NCBI GenBank assembly: GCA_038231275.1 | Contig: JBBRLQ010000025.1 | Location: 49,973 to 113,972 of the forward strand | Direction: 5' to 3' | Origin: Polyangiales bacterium | GTDB lineage: Bacteria; Myxococcota_A; Polyangia; Polyangiales; Polyangiaceae | DNA: 64,000 nt | In this document: positions 43,603-53,095 of the stretch, in pieces | How the letters are laid out: every line of letters begins with the position of its first letter | How positions within the stretch are numbered: position 1 is the stretch's first letter | Position numbers and translations under genes: made by a program | The notes under the pieces: model-generated | Databases searched by the model: none | Told to the model about the DNA's origin: nothing | What the model saw: only the letters and a program-made list of their open reading frames with translations

Positions 43603-44279
43603 TTCTCGGTCTTTCCGGGCACGTCGTCCGGTGACGAGTAGGGCATCGTGGCGCCGTTGTGGCGGCCCGGCGCGGGGAAGTCCTCGATGTGGTCCGAGCC
43701 TTCGTCGACCTTGGAGCCGTCGATCCACACGTAGAAATGCGGGTTCAGCGGAATCCCCGCCTCGGCGCCGCCTTCGCCGCAGTCGCCGCTCGGGCAGCCG
43801 GCGAAACACTCGCCCTTGCCGGGCGGCGGCGGGAGTTCGAAGATCGTGAACCAGCTGCGCCCTTTGGGCGTGCGGAAGAGCGCGACGACCCCGACGTAGT
43901 TCGCCGCCGCGTCGCGCTCGAATTTGATGTCGGTGCGCGAGTCCGGGTAGATCGTCATCTGCTCGGTCTTGATGACGCTGTCCTTGAGGGTGTCCTTGGG
44001 ATCCTTCCAGACGTCGTAGAACTTCGCGTTCTGGAGGCGGATGTCGGTCGCGAGCTGGTAGACGAAGAGCTGCACCGGCCGCGGCTCACCGTTGTCGCTC
44101 GGGTTGATGCGGTTGGACGCGATGATCATCATGTCGATCATCTGGAGCGTGCACTTCTGGGGTTCCTTCGGCGCGACGATCGTGGGTCCGCAGGCGACGA
44201 ACGCTCCGAACGCGAGCGCGACGGGCAGCGCGAGCACGAGGACCGCGAGGAGAGACCGAAAGAACCCGAGTCTTGCCAT
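43599..44279 (-). CDS. tssJ: T6SS lipoprotein TssJ
   Basis: Lipobox FVAC; INP...GEPRPV...VYQL; YVGVVA.FR. Start 44279 overlaps the tssH stop. Confidence 0.88.
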   Translation of the reverse strand: MARLGFFRSLLAVLVLALPVALAFGAFVACGPTIVAPKEPQKCTLQMIDMMIIASNRINPSDNGEPRPVQLFVYQLATDIRLQNAKFYDVWKDPKDTLKDSVIKTEQMTIYPDSRTDIKFERDAAANYVGVVALFRTPKGRSWFTIFELPPPPGKGECFAGCPSGDCGEGGAEAGIPLNPHFYVWIDGSKVDEGSDHIEDFPAPGRHNGATMPYSSPDDVPGKTEK

Positions 44280-46933
44280 CAGCCCGATCCCTCCGTGATC
44301 ACGATGTCGCCGTTGCCGTCGATCGTGAGGCGCATGCCTTCCAGCGATTTTTCGGCGGCCATTCGCTGCAGGATCTCGCTCGAGACGAGCGGGAGAACGG
44401 TGCCGCGCAGGATGTGATCGACGTTGCGCGCGCCGCTCTCGACCTCGCGGCAGCGCGCCGCGACCGCGTCGACGACCGAGTCGTCGATCAAGAGCTTGAT
44501 GCCGTGCGACTCCATCGCGCGGCGCGCGACGCCGTTCAGCTTCATGCGCGCGATGCCTGCGAGCGCCTCGGGGCCGATCGGGATGTACGGCACCACGGTC
44601 ATGCGGGCGAGGAGCGCCGGCTTGAAGTGCGCCGTCAGGGTCGGCTTGATGAGCGAGGTGAGGTCCTCGAGGGACGGGATCTCGCCGCCGGGCGGCGCGG
44701 CGCTCGTGAGGAGATCGGTCCCGAGGTTGCTCGTGAGGATGATGACGGTGTTCTTGAAGTCGATGACGCGACCTTCGCCGTCGGCGAGCATTCCCTTGTC
44801 GAACACCTGGTAAAAGATGTTCAGGACTTCCTTGTCCGCCTTCTCGCACTCGTCCAAGAGGACGACCGAGTACGGGCGCTGGCGAACGGCCTCGGTGAGG
44901 ACGCCGCCTTCGCCGAAGCCCACGTAGCCGGGCGGCGAACCGATGAGGCGCGACACGGTGTGGCGCTCCTGGAACTCGCTCATGTTGATGGTGACGACGA
45001 AGCGCTCGCCGCCAAAGAGCAGATCGGCGAGGCCGAGCGCGGTCTCCGTCTTTCCGACGCCGGACGGGCCGACGAGGAGGAAGACGCCCATCGGCTGCGC
45101 GGTGGGCTTGAGGCCGGCGCGCGCCGCGCGAAGCTCGCGCGCGATGACGCCGAGCGCGGGATCCTGGCCGCGAACGCGCTGGCGGAGGCGCTCCTCGGTG
45201 TTGAGGATGCCCTGGATGTCGTCCTTGACCATCTTGCCGACGGGGATGCCGGTCCAGTCGGCGACGATGCTCGCGACGAGACCTTCGTCGACGTCGGCGT
45301 GGACGAGGAGATCCTCGTGCTTGATGGCCTTGAGCTTGTCGATCTCCGCGCGAAGCTCGGGGCGCTTCGCTTCGGCGCCGCCAGCCAGCTCTTTGCGGAG
45401 CTCGTCGATCTTGGTGATGATCTCGCGCTGCGAGGCGGCCTTGGCCTCGAGCTCGGCCGCGCGGATCTTGATCTCACCCTGCTTCGTTTCGGCGATTTTC
45501 TTCGCCTCTTCGTCGATCGAGAGGCCGGCCTTGTAGTCGCGGGCGTACGCCTCGAGCTCGCGCTCGACGGCGGCCAAGGCGGCGCGCGTGTCCTCGAGGA
45601 CCGCGGGGGGTGCGCCGCGGACGACCTTCACGCGCGCGGCGCTGGTGTCGAGGAGATCGACGGCCTTGTCGGGGAGAAGTCGGCCGCTGATGTAGCGGCT
45701 CGAGAGCGTGACCGCCGCGCGCACCGCCTCGTCTTGGATGACGATGCCGTGCGCCTCTTCGAAGCGACCGGCGAGGCCGCGCATCATGACGATGGCGTTC
45801 TCGACCGACGGCTCGTCGACCTTGACCGGCTGAAACCGGCGCTCGAGCGCCGCGTCCTTCTCGAAGTAGCGCTTGAACTCGGCCCACGTCGTCGCCGCGA
45901 TCGTACGGAGCTCGCCGCGCGCGAGGGCGGGCTTCAGCAGGTTGGCCGCGTCGCCGCCGCCTTGTTGTCCGCCGGCGCCGATGATCGTGTGCGCCTCGTC
46001 GATGAAGAGGACGATCGGCTTCGGCGAGGCCTTCACCTCGGCGATGACGCCCTTCAAGCGATTCTCGAACTCGCCCTTCACGCCAGCGCCGGCTTGGAGC
46101 GCGCCGAGATCGAGGACACAGAGGTGCACGTTCTTCAGCTGGTCGGGGACGGTGCCCTCGGCGATGCGGACCGCGAGCCCTTCGACGAGCGCGGTCTTTC
46201 CGACGCCGGCCTCGCCGACGATGATCGGGTTGTTTTTGCGGCGTCGGCCGAGGATGTCGACGATCTGGCGGATCTCCGCCTCGCGGCCGAAGACCGGATC
46301 GATCTCGCCGGCGCGCGCGCGCTCGGTGAGATCGGTCGTGAACTTGGCGAGCGGGCCGTCGGGTTTGCCGAGGCCGGTCGTGCCCTTTTTGCCTTCGCCC
46401 TCGCCGTCGACCCCGCCGCCGCCGCCGCCTTCTTTTCCTGCGGTTTTGATGTCGTCGGCGGCCTCACCGCTCGCGCCGGCGATCGTCGCCAGGTTGCGGC
46501 GAACCTCGTCGCGCGGGAGACGCTCGAGCAGCGCCATCTCCGTCGGGAGATACCGCGTCTGCGCCATGAGCAACCGCACGAGGAGCGCGCCGGAGCGGAC
46601 CTTTTCCTCGCCGAGCTCGGTCGACGTGTAGAGCCACGCGTCCTGGACCCAGTCCCAGAGGAGCGTGTCGAACACGGGCTTGCCGGCGTTGCCGCTGCGA
46701 AGCTCGCTCAGGTAGCGCTGCAAGTACGAGCGCATCCCGCTCGCGTCGATGCGGAAGTGCGTGAGCACCTCGTTGATGTCGCTATACGGATCGTCGACGA
46801 GCGCGAGCAGGACGTGCTCGACGGTGACCTCGTAGTGCCTGGACGACATGCACATCCCGGCCGCCGTGTTGAGGGCGCGGGTGCAGGTCTCGTTCAGCTT
46901 GCGGGCAAGGTTCTTCGGTTCAGCGACGAGCAT
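44279..46933 (-). CDS. tssH: T6SS AAA+ ATPase ClpV (TssH)
   Basis: GEAGVGKT and GPSGVGKT Walker A motifs, RRRKNNP, KDAALERRFQ; position at the head of the T6SS operon. Confidence 0.97.
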   Translation of the reverse strand: MLVAEPKNLARKLNETCTRALNTAAGMCMSSRHYEVTVEHVLLALVDDPYSDINEVLTHFRIDASGMRSYLQRYLSELRSGNAGKPVFDTLLWDWVQDAWLYTSTELGEEKVRSGALLVRLLMAQTRYLPTEMALLERLPRDEVRRNLATIAGASGEAADDIKTAGKEGGGGGGVDGEGEGKKGTTGLGKPDGPLAKFTTDLTERARAGEIDPVFGREAEIRQIVDILGRRRKNNPIIVGEAGVGKTALVEGLAVRIAEGTVPDQLKNVHLCVLDLGALQAGAGVKGEFENRLKGVIAEVKASPKPIVLFIDEAHTIIGAGGQQGGGDAANLLKPALARGELRTIAATTWAEFKRYFEKDAALERRFQPVKVDEPSVENAIVMMRGLAGRFEEAHGIVIQDEAVRAAVTLSSRYISGRLLPDKAVDLLDTSAARVKVVRGAPPAVLEDTRAALAAVERELEAYARDYKAGLSIDEEAKKIAETKQGEIKIRAAELEAKAASQREIITKIDELRKELAGGAEAKRPELRAEIDKLKAIKHEDLLVHADVDEGLVASIVADWTGIPVGKMVKDDIQGILNTEERLRQRVRGQDPALGVIARELRAARAGLKPTAQPMGVFLLVGPSGVGKTETALGLADLLFGGERFVVTINMSEFQERHTVSRLIGSPPGYVGFGEGGVLTEAVRQRPYSVVLLDECEKADKEVLNIFYQVFDKGMLADGEGRVIDFKNTVIILTSNLGTDLLTSAAPPGGEIPSLEDLTSLIKPTLTAHFKPALLARMTVVPYIPIGPEALAGIARMKLNGVARRAMESHGIKLLIDDSVVDAVAARCREVESGARNVDHILRGTVLPLVSSEILQRMAAEKSLEGMRLTIDGNGDIVITEGSG

Positions 46934-46958
46934 TCAGACCTCTAGATGTGGGTCCGTA

Positions 46959-48758
46959 CTACTTATCATCTCGGCGGCCGTGATCGGCTCGCTTGGTGGT
47001 GCGGGCCGGCCTCGGGACGTCCGGGGCCGCCGCGGCGCCTTTGGCGGGGGACGGAGGCGCGACGTCCGGCGCACGAGGCGCGCCGCGGGGGGTGGCGAGG
47101 GCGTAGCCGCGAAGCACGTCGCCGTCGTCGCTCGACGCCTTCTTCCTCGGCACGACGGTGTCGCCCGGCTGGAGATCCTCCGCGTCGGACTGCGCTTCTT
47201 GCTGCTCGAGGCGCGCCTGGGCACGCTTCTTCGCGATCCGTCCCATCACGTCACCGCGGACGTTCAAGGAGAGGAGCATCCCCTTCTGCAGCTTCGCGGA
47301 GGGGTCGAGGTAGTTGCCGTCGAGGATTTCCTGGACGCTGACGCCGAACATCTTCGCGACGTCTTGAAGCGTCTCGTGGTCGCCGACGCGGTAAAATACG
47401 GTGCGCCCGGCGGTCGCGGGGGCGTCGTCGGCGTCGAGCGGCCACTGGCGCGCGGCGCGGCGAGGAGCCCGCGGGGCGTCGAGGAGATCGTCGCCGCCCT
47501 GGCGCGCCGAGAGATCGCGGCGCGGGATCTCGTCTTTGCCCCAGTCGAAGCCGCGACCCACCTCTTGCTCGAGGCCGTCGCGCTCGCGCTGATCGAGGAG
47601 GCGCGGCAGCATCGCGTGCGCGCGGGCGAGGCCGCTCGACGGGATGTGCGCCAGGAACGATTTGCCGCGATCGGGGATCTGGTCGCCGACGAGCTCGGGG
47701 TTCAAATCGTGGAGGTGTTGGATGCTCGTGCCGGCCGCGCGGGCGACGACGGCGAGATCGATGCCGGGGGGAACTTCGAGGTTGGAGACGGCGATCGGCA
47801 CGTCGACGTGCGTGTCGTCGAAGCCGAAGCGCTCCAGGTTATTGAGGAGGATGGCGACCGCCACGATCTTCGGGACGTAGAGCTGGCTCTCGCGCGGCAG
47901 GGCGCCGTTGATCTTCGCGAGCGTCCAGAAGTCGTTGCTCCCGGTGTCGCGCACGCGATCGAGCATGCCTTTGTAGCCCATGTTGTAGGCCGCGAGGGCG
48001 AGCTCCCATGAGCCGAATTTCTCGTACAAATCGGACAGGTGCCGCGTCGCGGCGTCGCTCGCGCGGGCGATGCTCCGGCGCTCGTCGTAGTCGGCCTCGA
48101 CGGCGAGCCCGTACGCGCGCGCGGTGTCCGGCATGAACTGCCAGAGGCCGACGGCGCCGGCGTGCGACGTCGCGAACGGCGAGAACCCGCTCTCGATGAA
48201 GACGAGCGCCATCAAATCGCGCGGGAGCATGCGCTCGCGAAGCGCGGTCTCCACGACCTGGCGATAGCGGCCGCTGCGCTTGAGCCACATGCGGAAGATC
48301 TTCCGGCCCTGGGGATTTTGGGTGAAGTAGTGGACGAAGCGCGCCACCTTCACGTCCGCGTGGACCGGCAAGTCCGGCATGCGGAGGCCGGTCATCCAGT
48401 CGGAGCTGCCCTCGTCTTCGCGGCACGCCGTCCCGTCCTGACAGACATCGGGCTCGGTCGGCGTGGGAAGCGACGCCTGAGCCTTCGCCTTCGGCAGGTC
48501 ACCAAACAGCTGTTTTTCGGCCTGACGGAGCGCGCGGAGCTCCGGCGACTCGGCGCCGTCTTGCGCCGCGGGCATCGGCTCGAGGCCAGGCATGCCGAGC
48601 GCGTCGGTCTCGAGCGCGCCGGCGACAGGCTCTGCCGTTTCGGCCACAGGCGCGGCCTCCTTCGAGGCCCACCCGGGACGCGGGAGGCTGAAGCCGATCA
48701 CGAGTCCGCCCGCTACGACAGCGCCGTAGGTAATGAAATCTCGCCTAAGGGAACGCAT
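46959..48758 (-). CDS. MltD-like lytic transglycosylase (SLT + LysM)
   Basis: IESGF...A.S.AGAVGLWQFMP.TA, LA.AAYN.G, YVPK; LysM-like segments (L..LNPEL; YRV...ETL..VA..FGVS). Start approximate. Confidence 0.88.
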   Translation of the reverse strand: MRSLRRDFITYGAVVAGGLVIGFSLPRPGWASKEAAPVAETAEPVAGALETDALGMPGLEPMPAAQDGAESPELRALRQAEKQLFGDLPKAKAQASLPTPTEPDVCQDGTACREDEGSSDWMTGLRMPDLPVHADVKVARFVHYFTQNPQGRKIFRMWLKRSGRYRQVVETALRERMLPRDLMALVFIESGFSPFATSHAGAVGLWQFMPDTARAYGLAVEADYDERRSIARASDAATRHLSDLYEKFGSWELALAAYNMGYKGMLDRVRDTGSNDFWTLAKINGALPRESQLYVPKIVAVAILLNNLERFGFDDTHVDVPIAVSNLEVPPGIDLAVVARAAGTSIQHLHDLNPELVGDQIPDRGKSFLAHIPSSGLARAHAMLPRLLDQRERDGLEQEVGRGFDWGKDEIPRRDLSARQGGDDLLDAPRAPRRAARQWPLDADDAPATAGRTVFYRVGDHETLQDVAKMFGVSVQEILDGNYLDPSAKLQKGMLLSLNVRGDVMGRIAKKRAQARLEQQEAQSDAEDLQPGDTVVPRKKASSDDGDVLRGYALATPRGAPRAPDVAPPSPAKGAAAAPDVPRPARTTKRADHGRRDDK

Positions 48759-48900
48759 CGTAGGGAAAGGGTCGCACACCCCAACGGGCGGGCCCAAGAA
48801 ACCGGCTGTGCCCTCGCGTCGCGCGCGCGACGTGCGATCGCGCGCGGCGGAGCGGCCCACAAATGGTGGTCCACGGCCTGGCTCTGATAGGCTGCTGGTC

Positions 48901-50316
48901 GTGTTCGGTCTGGACGTAAAGATCATCAACACCCAAGAAGGCACGTCCACCGAGCGGAGGTTCGAGCGCTTCCCGATTCGCATCGGGCGCAACGCCTTGA
49001 ACGATCTTCAGATCGACTCGGGCTACGTCTCGCAATTTCACGCAATCATTCAGCTGTCCGGCGACGAAGTGCACCTCGTCGACCTCGGAAGCCGCAACGG
49101 AACACTGCTCCCGGGAATGGGACGCGTGCAGCCCAACGCGATCGTCGATCTGGCGACGAGCAACTTCGAGTTCGCGATCGCGATGACGATCTTCCGCGTC
49201 AGCCTCGTGAATCTCGACGCCGCGGCGCTGTCACGTCGGCGCGGCGGTGTGCACGACATCGCCGAGGAGATGACGCGTCCGCACGGCACCGACGTCGGCG
49301 CTGCGATGGTCACCCACCTGAAGCCGCTGTACGAGACCTACCGCCAAGCGTGGGGGCGGCTCTATCAGGAGATCCAGAGCACGATCGGCACCTACGACGC
49401 GGAGATGCGCCAGCGCTTCTGCGAAGACCTGATGATCGCGCACCCGAACGTCGCCGCGGAGCCGGATTTCAAGCGGCTCGCCAACATCAGCCCGTCGTCG
49501 ACGCCGTCGGGCTCGCACCAGATCCATGTCGACATCGAGGCGAGCCACTCCGCGCTCGATCCGCCGCGCGAAGAGGCGGTCGCGCTGCACGGATTGAAGC
49601 AGCTCGCACAGTGGTACATGCCGGGCGTGGCGCCGCCGGCCGGCGTCGAGGACATCATCGGCTTCTTGCAGACGATCCAGGATTCGCTCGACGTCTTCCT
49701 CAAGTGCTTCGTGCCGCTTCGCGACGGGTACAAGCAGTTCGAGGTGCAGATGGACATCCAACGCGTGCGCAGCGACGGCGTGCGCGTCGGCAGCTCGGTG
49801 GAGGTCGCGCGCGATCCGCGGGAGCTGGCGCGCGCGATGCTCGATTGGCGCCTCACGGTCGGGGACGAGCCGCGCATCGTCGAGAACACGTTCGCGGATC
49901 TGATGACCCACCAGGTCGCGATGCTCAACGGCATCATGAAGGGGGTCAAATCGCTGCTGAACGAGCTCGCGCCTGAGGCGATCGAGAAGACGCTCGACGA
50001 TCCGCGCAAGAACCGCGGGCGTCAGGGCCTGCAGATCGGCCCGTTCCGCTACAAGCAGCTGTGGGAGCTGTACATGGAGCGCCACGGCGATCTGTCGTCC
50101 GAGGACAAAGAAGCGTTCGCGCTCATCTTCGGCCCGCAGTTCGCGCAGGCGTATTCGCAGTTCCAGGAAGGCGTGGGCGCGATGCCGACGACCGCGACGG
50201 TGGAGCTCTCCACCGTGAGCGCCGCGCTCGCCGAGGGCCAGCGCGGCCTTCACAACCACACGCAACCGCCGCCGCCGCCGGGGCCGCCGGGGCCGTACTG
50301 GCCGCCCCGGCGTTGA
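48901..50316 (+). CDS. tagH: FHA-domain T6SS-associated protein (TagH-like)
   Basis: IGRNALND, VSQFHA, DLGSRNGT (FHA); C-terminal F.DL..HQ.A...G...L..L.P...W..Y...FG..FA.AY. Confidence 0.85.
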   Translation: MFGLDVKIINTQEGTSTERRFERFPIRIGRNALNDLQIDSGYVSQFHAIIQLSGDEVHLVDLGSRNGTLLPGMGRVQPNAIVDLATSNFEFAIAMTIFRVSLVNLDAAALSRRRGGVHDIAEEMTRPHGTDVGAAMVTHLKPLYETYRQAWGRLYQEIQSTIGTYDAEMRQRFCEDLMIAHPNVAAEPDFKRLANISPSSTPSGSHQIHVDIEASHSALDPPREEAVALHGLKQLAQWYMPGVAPPAGVEDIIGFLQTIQDSLDVFLKCFVPLRDGYKQFEVQMDIQRVRSDGVRVGSSVEVARDPRELARAMLDWRLTVGDEPRIVENTFADLMTHQVAMLNGIMKGVKSLLNELAPEAIEKTLDDPRKNRGRQGLQIGPFRYKQLWELYMERHGDLSSEDKEAFALIFGPQFAQAYSQFQEGVGAMPTTATVELSTVSAALAEGQRGLHNHTQPPPPPGPPGPYWPPRR

Positions 50317-50389
50317 GCGCCGATCGTAAGGTGGAGTGCGTTTTCTTGGCCCGGTCGTCGTTTCATTGCGACGCTTGCATCAAGGAACG

Positions 50390-51058
50390 ATGAGCTTGCG
50401 CACCGTCTTCGCGACCTTCTTGCTATGCGCCACCATGCTCGTGGCCACCTCGGCACACGCGCAAGCGGTGAGCCCAACGCCCGACCGCGATAAAACGTGG
50501 GCCGCAGTAACCGGCATCACGATGATCGCCGGCGCGGGCACGCAGCTGTTCATGCCGCGCGTCTTCTACTCGGATCCCGAGGTGACCGTCGGCTGGAAGG
50601 GCCGCTGGCACGTCTCGGTGCTCGCGCCGTTCATGACGCTCACCGTCCTGACGACGCTGAACGAGATCGCGCTGAAGGACGCGCTCCAGGGCAACCGCCC
50701 CGGATGCGACGACACCAACCGCGGAGTCGTCTCGCACTGCGACTCGTACGGCATGATGTCGACGCATACCTTCGCGGCGGCGTCGGCCCTCGGGCATGGC
50801 GCCGGCGTCTTCATCTTCGACACGCTCAAGTGGAGCGGCGGGCGGGTCAACGGCTACGGGCTCACCGGCAACGTCATCGCGCCGTTCGTGTTCGGGATGA
50901 TCACAGCGGTCGGCCGCAGCCTCGGAAACTGGGAAAATGCCGGGCAAATCGTGCTCGGCGGCGTCACCGGCCTGACCTTCGGCTTCCTCAGCGGGATGAC
51001 GTACGCGCTGATGCAGCGCCCCGAGTGCGGGTACACCGGCAGCCTCATCTGCTGGTAG
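50390..51058 (+). CDS. Exported/membrane hypothetical protein, weakly PAP2-like
   Basis: Signal peptide ending AHA and several TM segments. LK......RP...MMSTHT...GR loosely parallels PAP2 motifs. Confidence 0.6.
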   Translation: MSLRTVFATFLLCATMLVATSAHAQAVSPTPDRDKTWAAVTGITMIAGAGTQLFMPRVFYSDPEVTVGWKGRWHVSVLAPFMTLTVLTTLNEIALKDALQGNRPGCDDTNRGVVSHCDSYGMMSTHTFAAASALGHGAGVFIFDTLKWSGGRVNGYGLTGNVIAPFVFGMITAVGRSLGNWENAGQIVLGGVTGLTFGFLSGMTYALMQRPECGYTGSLICW

Positions 51059-51067
51059 CCTGACGGG

Positions 51068-52963
51068 GTGAGCGACTCCCCCATCAAGAGCTTCGGCGTA
51101 GGGTTCGGTTCCGGCTCGGCCGCAGGCAAGGGCGGCAAGGGCGGCGGGCAGAGCGGGGATGGACCGTCACGCGGTCCGTTTCGCGTAGTCCTGGTCTCTG
51201 CGCTCGCCGCGGGCGAGCAGTGGACGACGCGCAGCCGACCGCCGGCCGACGCGGTGCCGGTCGACAAGTCGTCGTTCGAAAAAGTGATGGCGAAGCTCGC
51301 GCCGTCGCTGGCCGTCGAGGTGCGCGATCCCTTCACGCCGGACGGCGAGCCGCTGAAGATCGATCTCCGCTTCGCCGATCTGAAGTCGCTTCGCGCCGAT
51401 GGGATCGTGGAGCAAGTCCCCGTTCTCCGCGCGCTCGTGGAGGCCCGCAAGGTCGTCGCGCAGATCAAGGAGCGGAAGCTCGGAGTCGACGACGGGCGCA
51501 ACCAGCTCGCCCGCATCCTGCCGCGCGCCGCGTGGGCAGACGCGCTCACCGGAGAGGTGACGACCGCCCCAACCGCTGCGGCCCCCGCCGAAAAGCGCCC
51601 GAAAGGGGCGCCGCCGAAAGTGCCGCCCGCTCCCGACACGCTCGACGCGCTGTTCGACAAGGTCGGGGTGAAGGATCCCGACGCCACTGCCGAGCCGCCG
51701 CCCGTCGCGCCGCTCACGGCGGCGAAGGAGCCGGTGCCGTCCGAGTTCTCGAACCTGATCGCGCAGGTGGCGCGCGGCGGAAAAGCGCCGCCTCCCGCGC
51801 GCGCAGCGGCGGTCGTAGGCTCGGCGATCGAGAAGACCGAGCGCGCCTTCGGGCGAATCCTCGTCGAGGTGCTGCATCACCCGGAGATCCGGCGCCTCGA
51901 GCGGGCCTGGCGCGGCTTCAAGCTGCTCGTAGACGGCGTCGACATGCGCCTCGGCGTCGAGCTCGACGTGCTGCCCGTAGAGAAGGAAGGCACCGCCGCC
52001 GCGATCACCGCGCTCTCGGAACGAAACGGCATCGAAGCGTCGAGGTCGCCGGTAGATCTCTTCGTGGCGGATCACGACGTGGAAGGCACCGCGGAGGACA
52101 CCGCGCTCTTGGCGACGTGGGCGAAGGCATGCGCGGATTGCCACGCGCCGATCGTCGTCAACGGCCGCCCGAGCATGCTCGGCGTGACGCAGATGACCGA
52201 TCTCCCCAAGGCCATGCGCGCGCTCGGGGCGACGGCCGATCCGCGCCCCGAGGCGTCGCGTGCCCTCTCGAGCGACGACGCGACGCGCTGGGTGACGGTG
52301 GCGATGAACGGTCCCCTCGTGCGCGCGGCGTACACGTCGTCGTCGTCGCGCCTGCGTGAGATCGCGTTCAGCGAGAACCCGAAGGATCCGGCGAGCCACG
52401 TCTTCGCGGGGGCGTCGGTGGCGATCGGGATCTTGTGCGCGCAGAGCCACGTGCGCATCGGGTGGCCCACGGCGATCGTGGGGCCGCGCGAAGGTGCCGT
52501 CGAGAACCTCGCGGTCCACGAGGTCGAAGAAGGCGGGCAGTCGTACGCGATCCCCCTCGAGGTGATGGTGGGCGACGACGTGCTCAAGGAAGGCGCGCGC
52601 GCTGGCGTCGCACTCTTTGGATGTGGCGCGAACCACGACGCGGCGTTCCTGCTCCGCGCGCCGACGTTCCACGAGCGCGCGCCGCGGGCGGGGCACGGCA
52701 CGCTCGGCGATCAGCTCTTCATCGGGCGGTTCGCGAGCGCGGTGCAGCAAGTGGCCGCGGCGCTCCCGAGCGACGTCGACGGGCACGCAGGCGCCGAAGC
52801 CGCAAAAATCGCCTTGAGCGAGCTCTTCGAAGGCGCAGGCCCCTCGGGCCCCGAGCTCTCCGCGCGCATCGCCTCGGGCACCCTCGAGGTCAAGGTCCGC
52901 CCCCGCCGCTTCGCCGGCGTCGCCCTCGAAGAGCTCACCCTCTCCGCCCCCCTCGGCGCTTAA
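51068..52963 (+). CDS. Fused TssB-like + TssC-like sheath protein (divergent)
   Basis: N-terminal VDKSSFEKV...LRFADL.SLRADGIVEQVPVLRALVEARK aligns to TssB. After a Pro/Ala linker, VLHHPEIRRLERAWRGFKLLV aligns to TssC. Confidence 0.82.
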   Translation: MSDSPIKSFGVGFGSGSAAGKGGKGGGQSGDGPSRGPFRVVLVSALAAGEQWTTRSRPPADAVPVDKSSFEKVMAKLAPSLAVEVRDPFTPDGEPLKIDLRFADLKSLRADGIVEQVPVLRALVEARKVVAQIKERKLGVDDGRNQLARILPRAAWADALTGEVTTAPTAAAPAEKRPKGAPPKVPPAPDTLDALFDKVGVKDPDATAEPPPVAPLTAAKEPVPSEFSNLIAQVARGGKAPPPARAAAVVGSAIEKTERAFGRILVEVLHHPEIRRLERAWRGFKLLVDGVDMRLGVELDVLPVEKEGTAAAITALSERNGIEASRSPVDLFVADHDVEGTAEDTALLATWAKACADCHAPIVVNGRPSMLGVTQMTDLPKAMRALGATADPRPEASRALSSDDATRWVTVAMNGPLVRAAYTSSSSRLREIAFSENPKDPASHVFAGASVAIGILCAQSHVRIGWPTAIVGPREGAVENLAVHEVEEGGQSYAIPLEVMVGDDVLKEGARAGVALFGCGANHDAAFLLRAPTFHERAPRAGHGTLGDQLFIGRFASAVQQVAAALPSDVDGHAGAEAAKIALSELFEGAGPSGPELSARIASGTLEVKVRPRRFAGVALEELTLSAPLGA

Positions 52964-53095
52964 AATTCAACGCCCCAGGTGGCCGCCGTGCCCCGCACGG
53001 CTTCGCCCGCAGGGCGAGGCAGGGAGGCTCCTAACGCGTCCGCGTTTGGAGGGACCGCAGGTCCTACACGACCGAAGTAGTCGAGCCCCGCTCGA

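Noticed and set aside
43599..44849. 416-aa ORF call for tssJ, and over-long calls for tssK, lpxC, the SLT gene, tagH, 14954-15742 and 54925-56862
   Set aside because: The upstream extensions overlap neighbouring genes. Shorter starts give overlapping stop/start junctions or family-typical N-termini.
44279..46933. Housekeeping ClpB
   Set aside because: Translationally coupled to tssJ inside the T6SS operon, so it was called ClpV.
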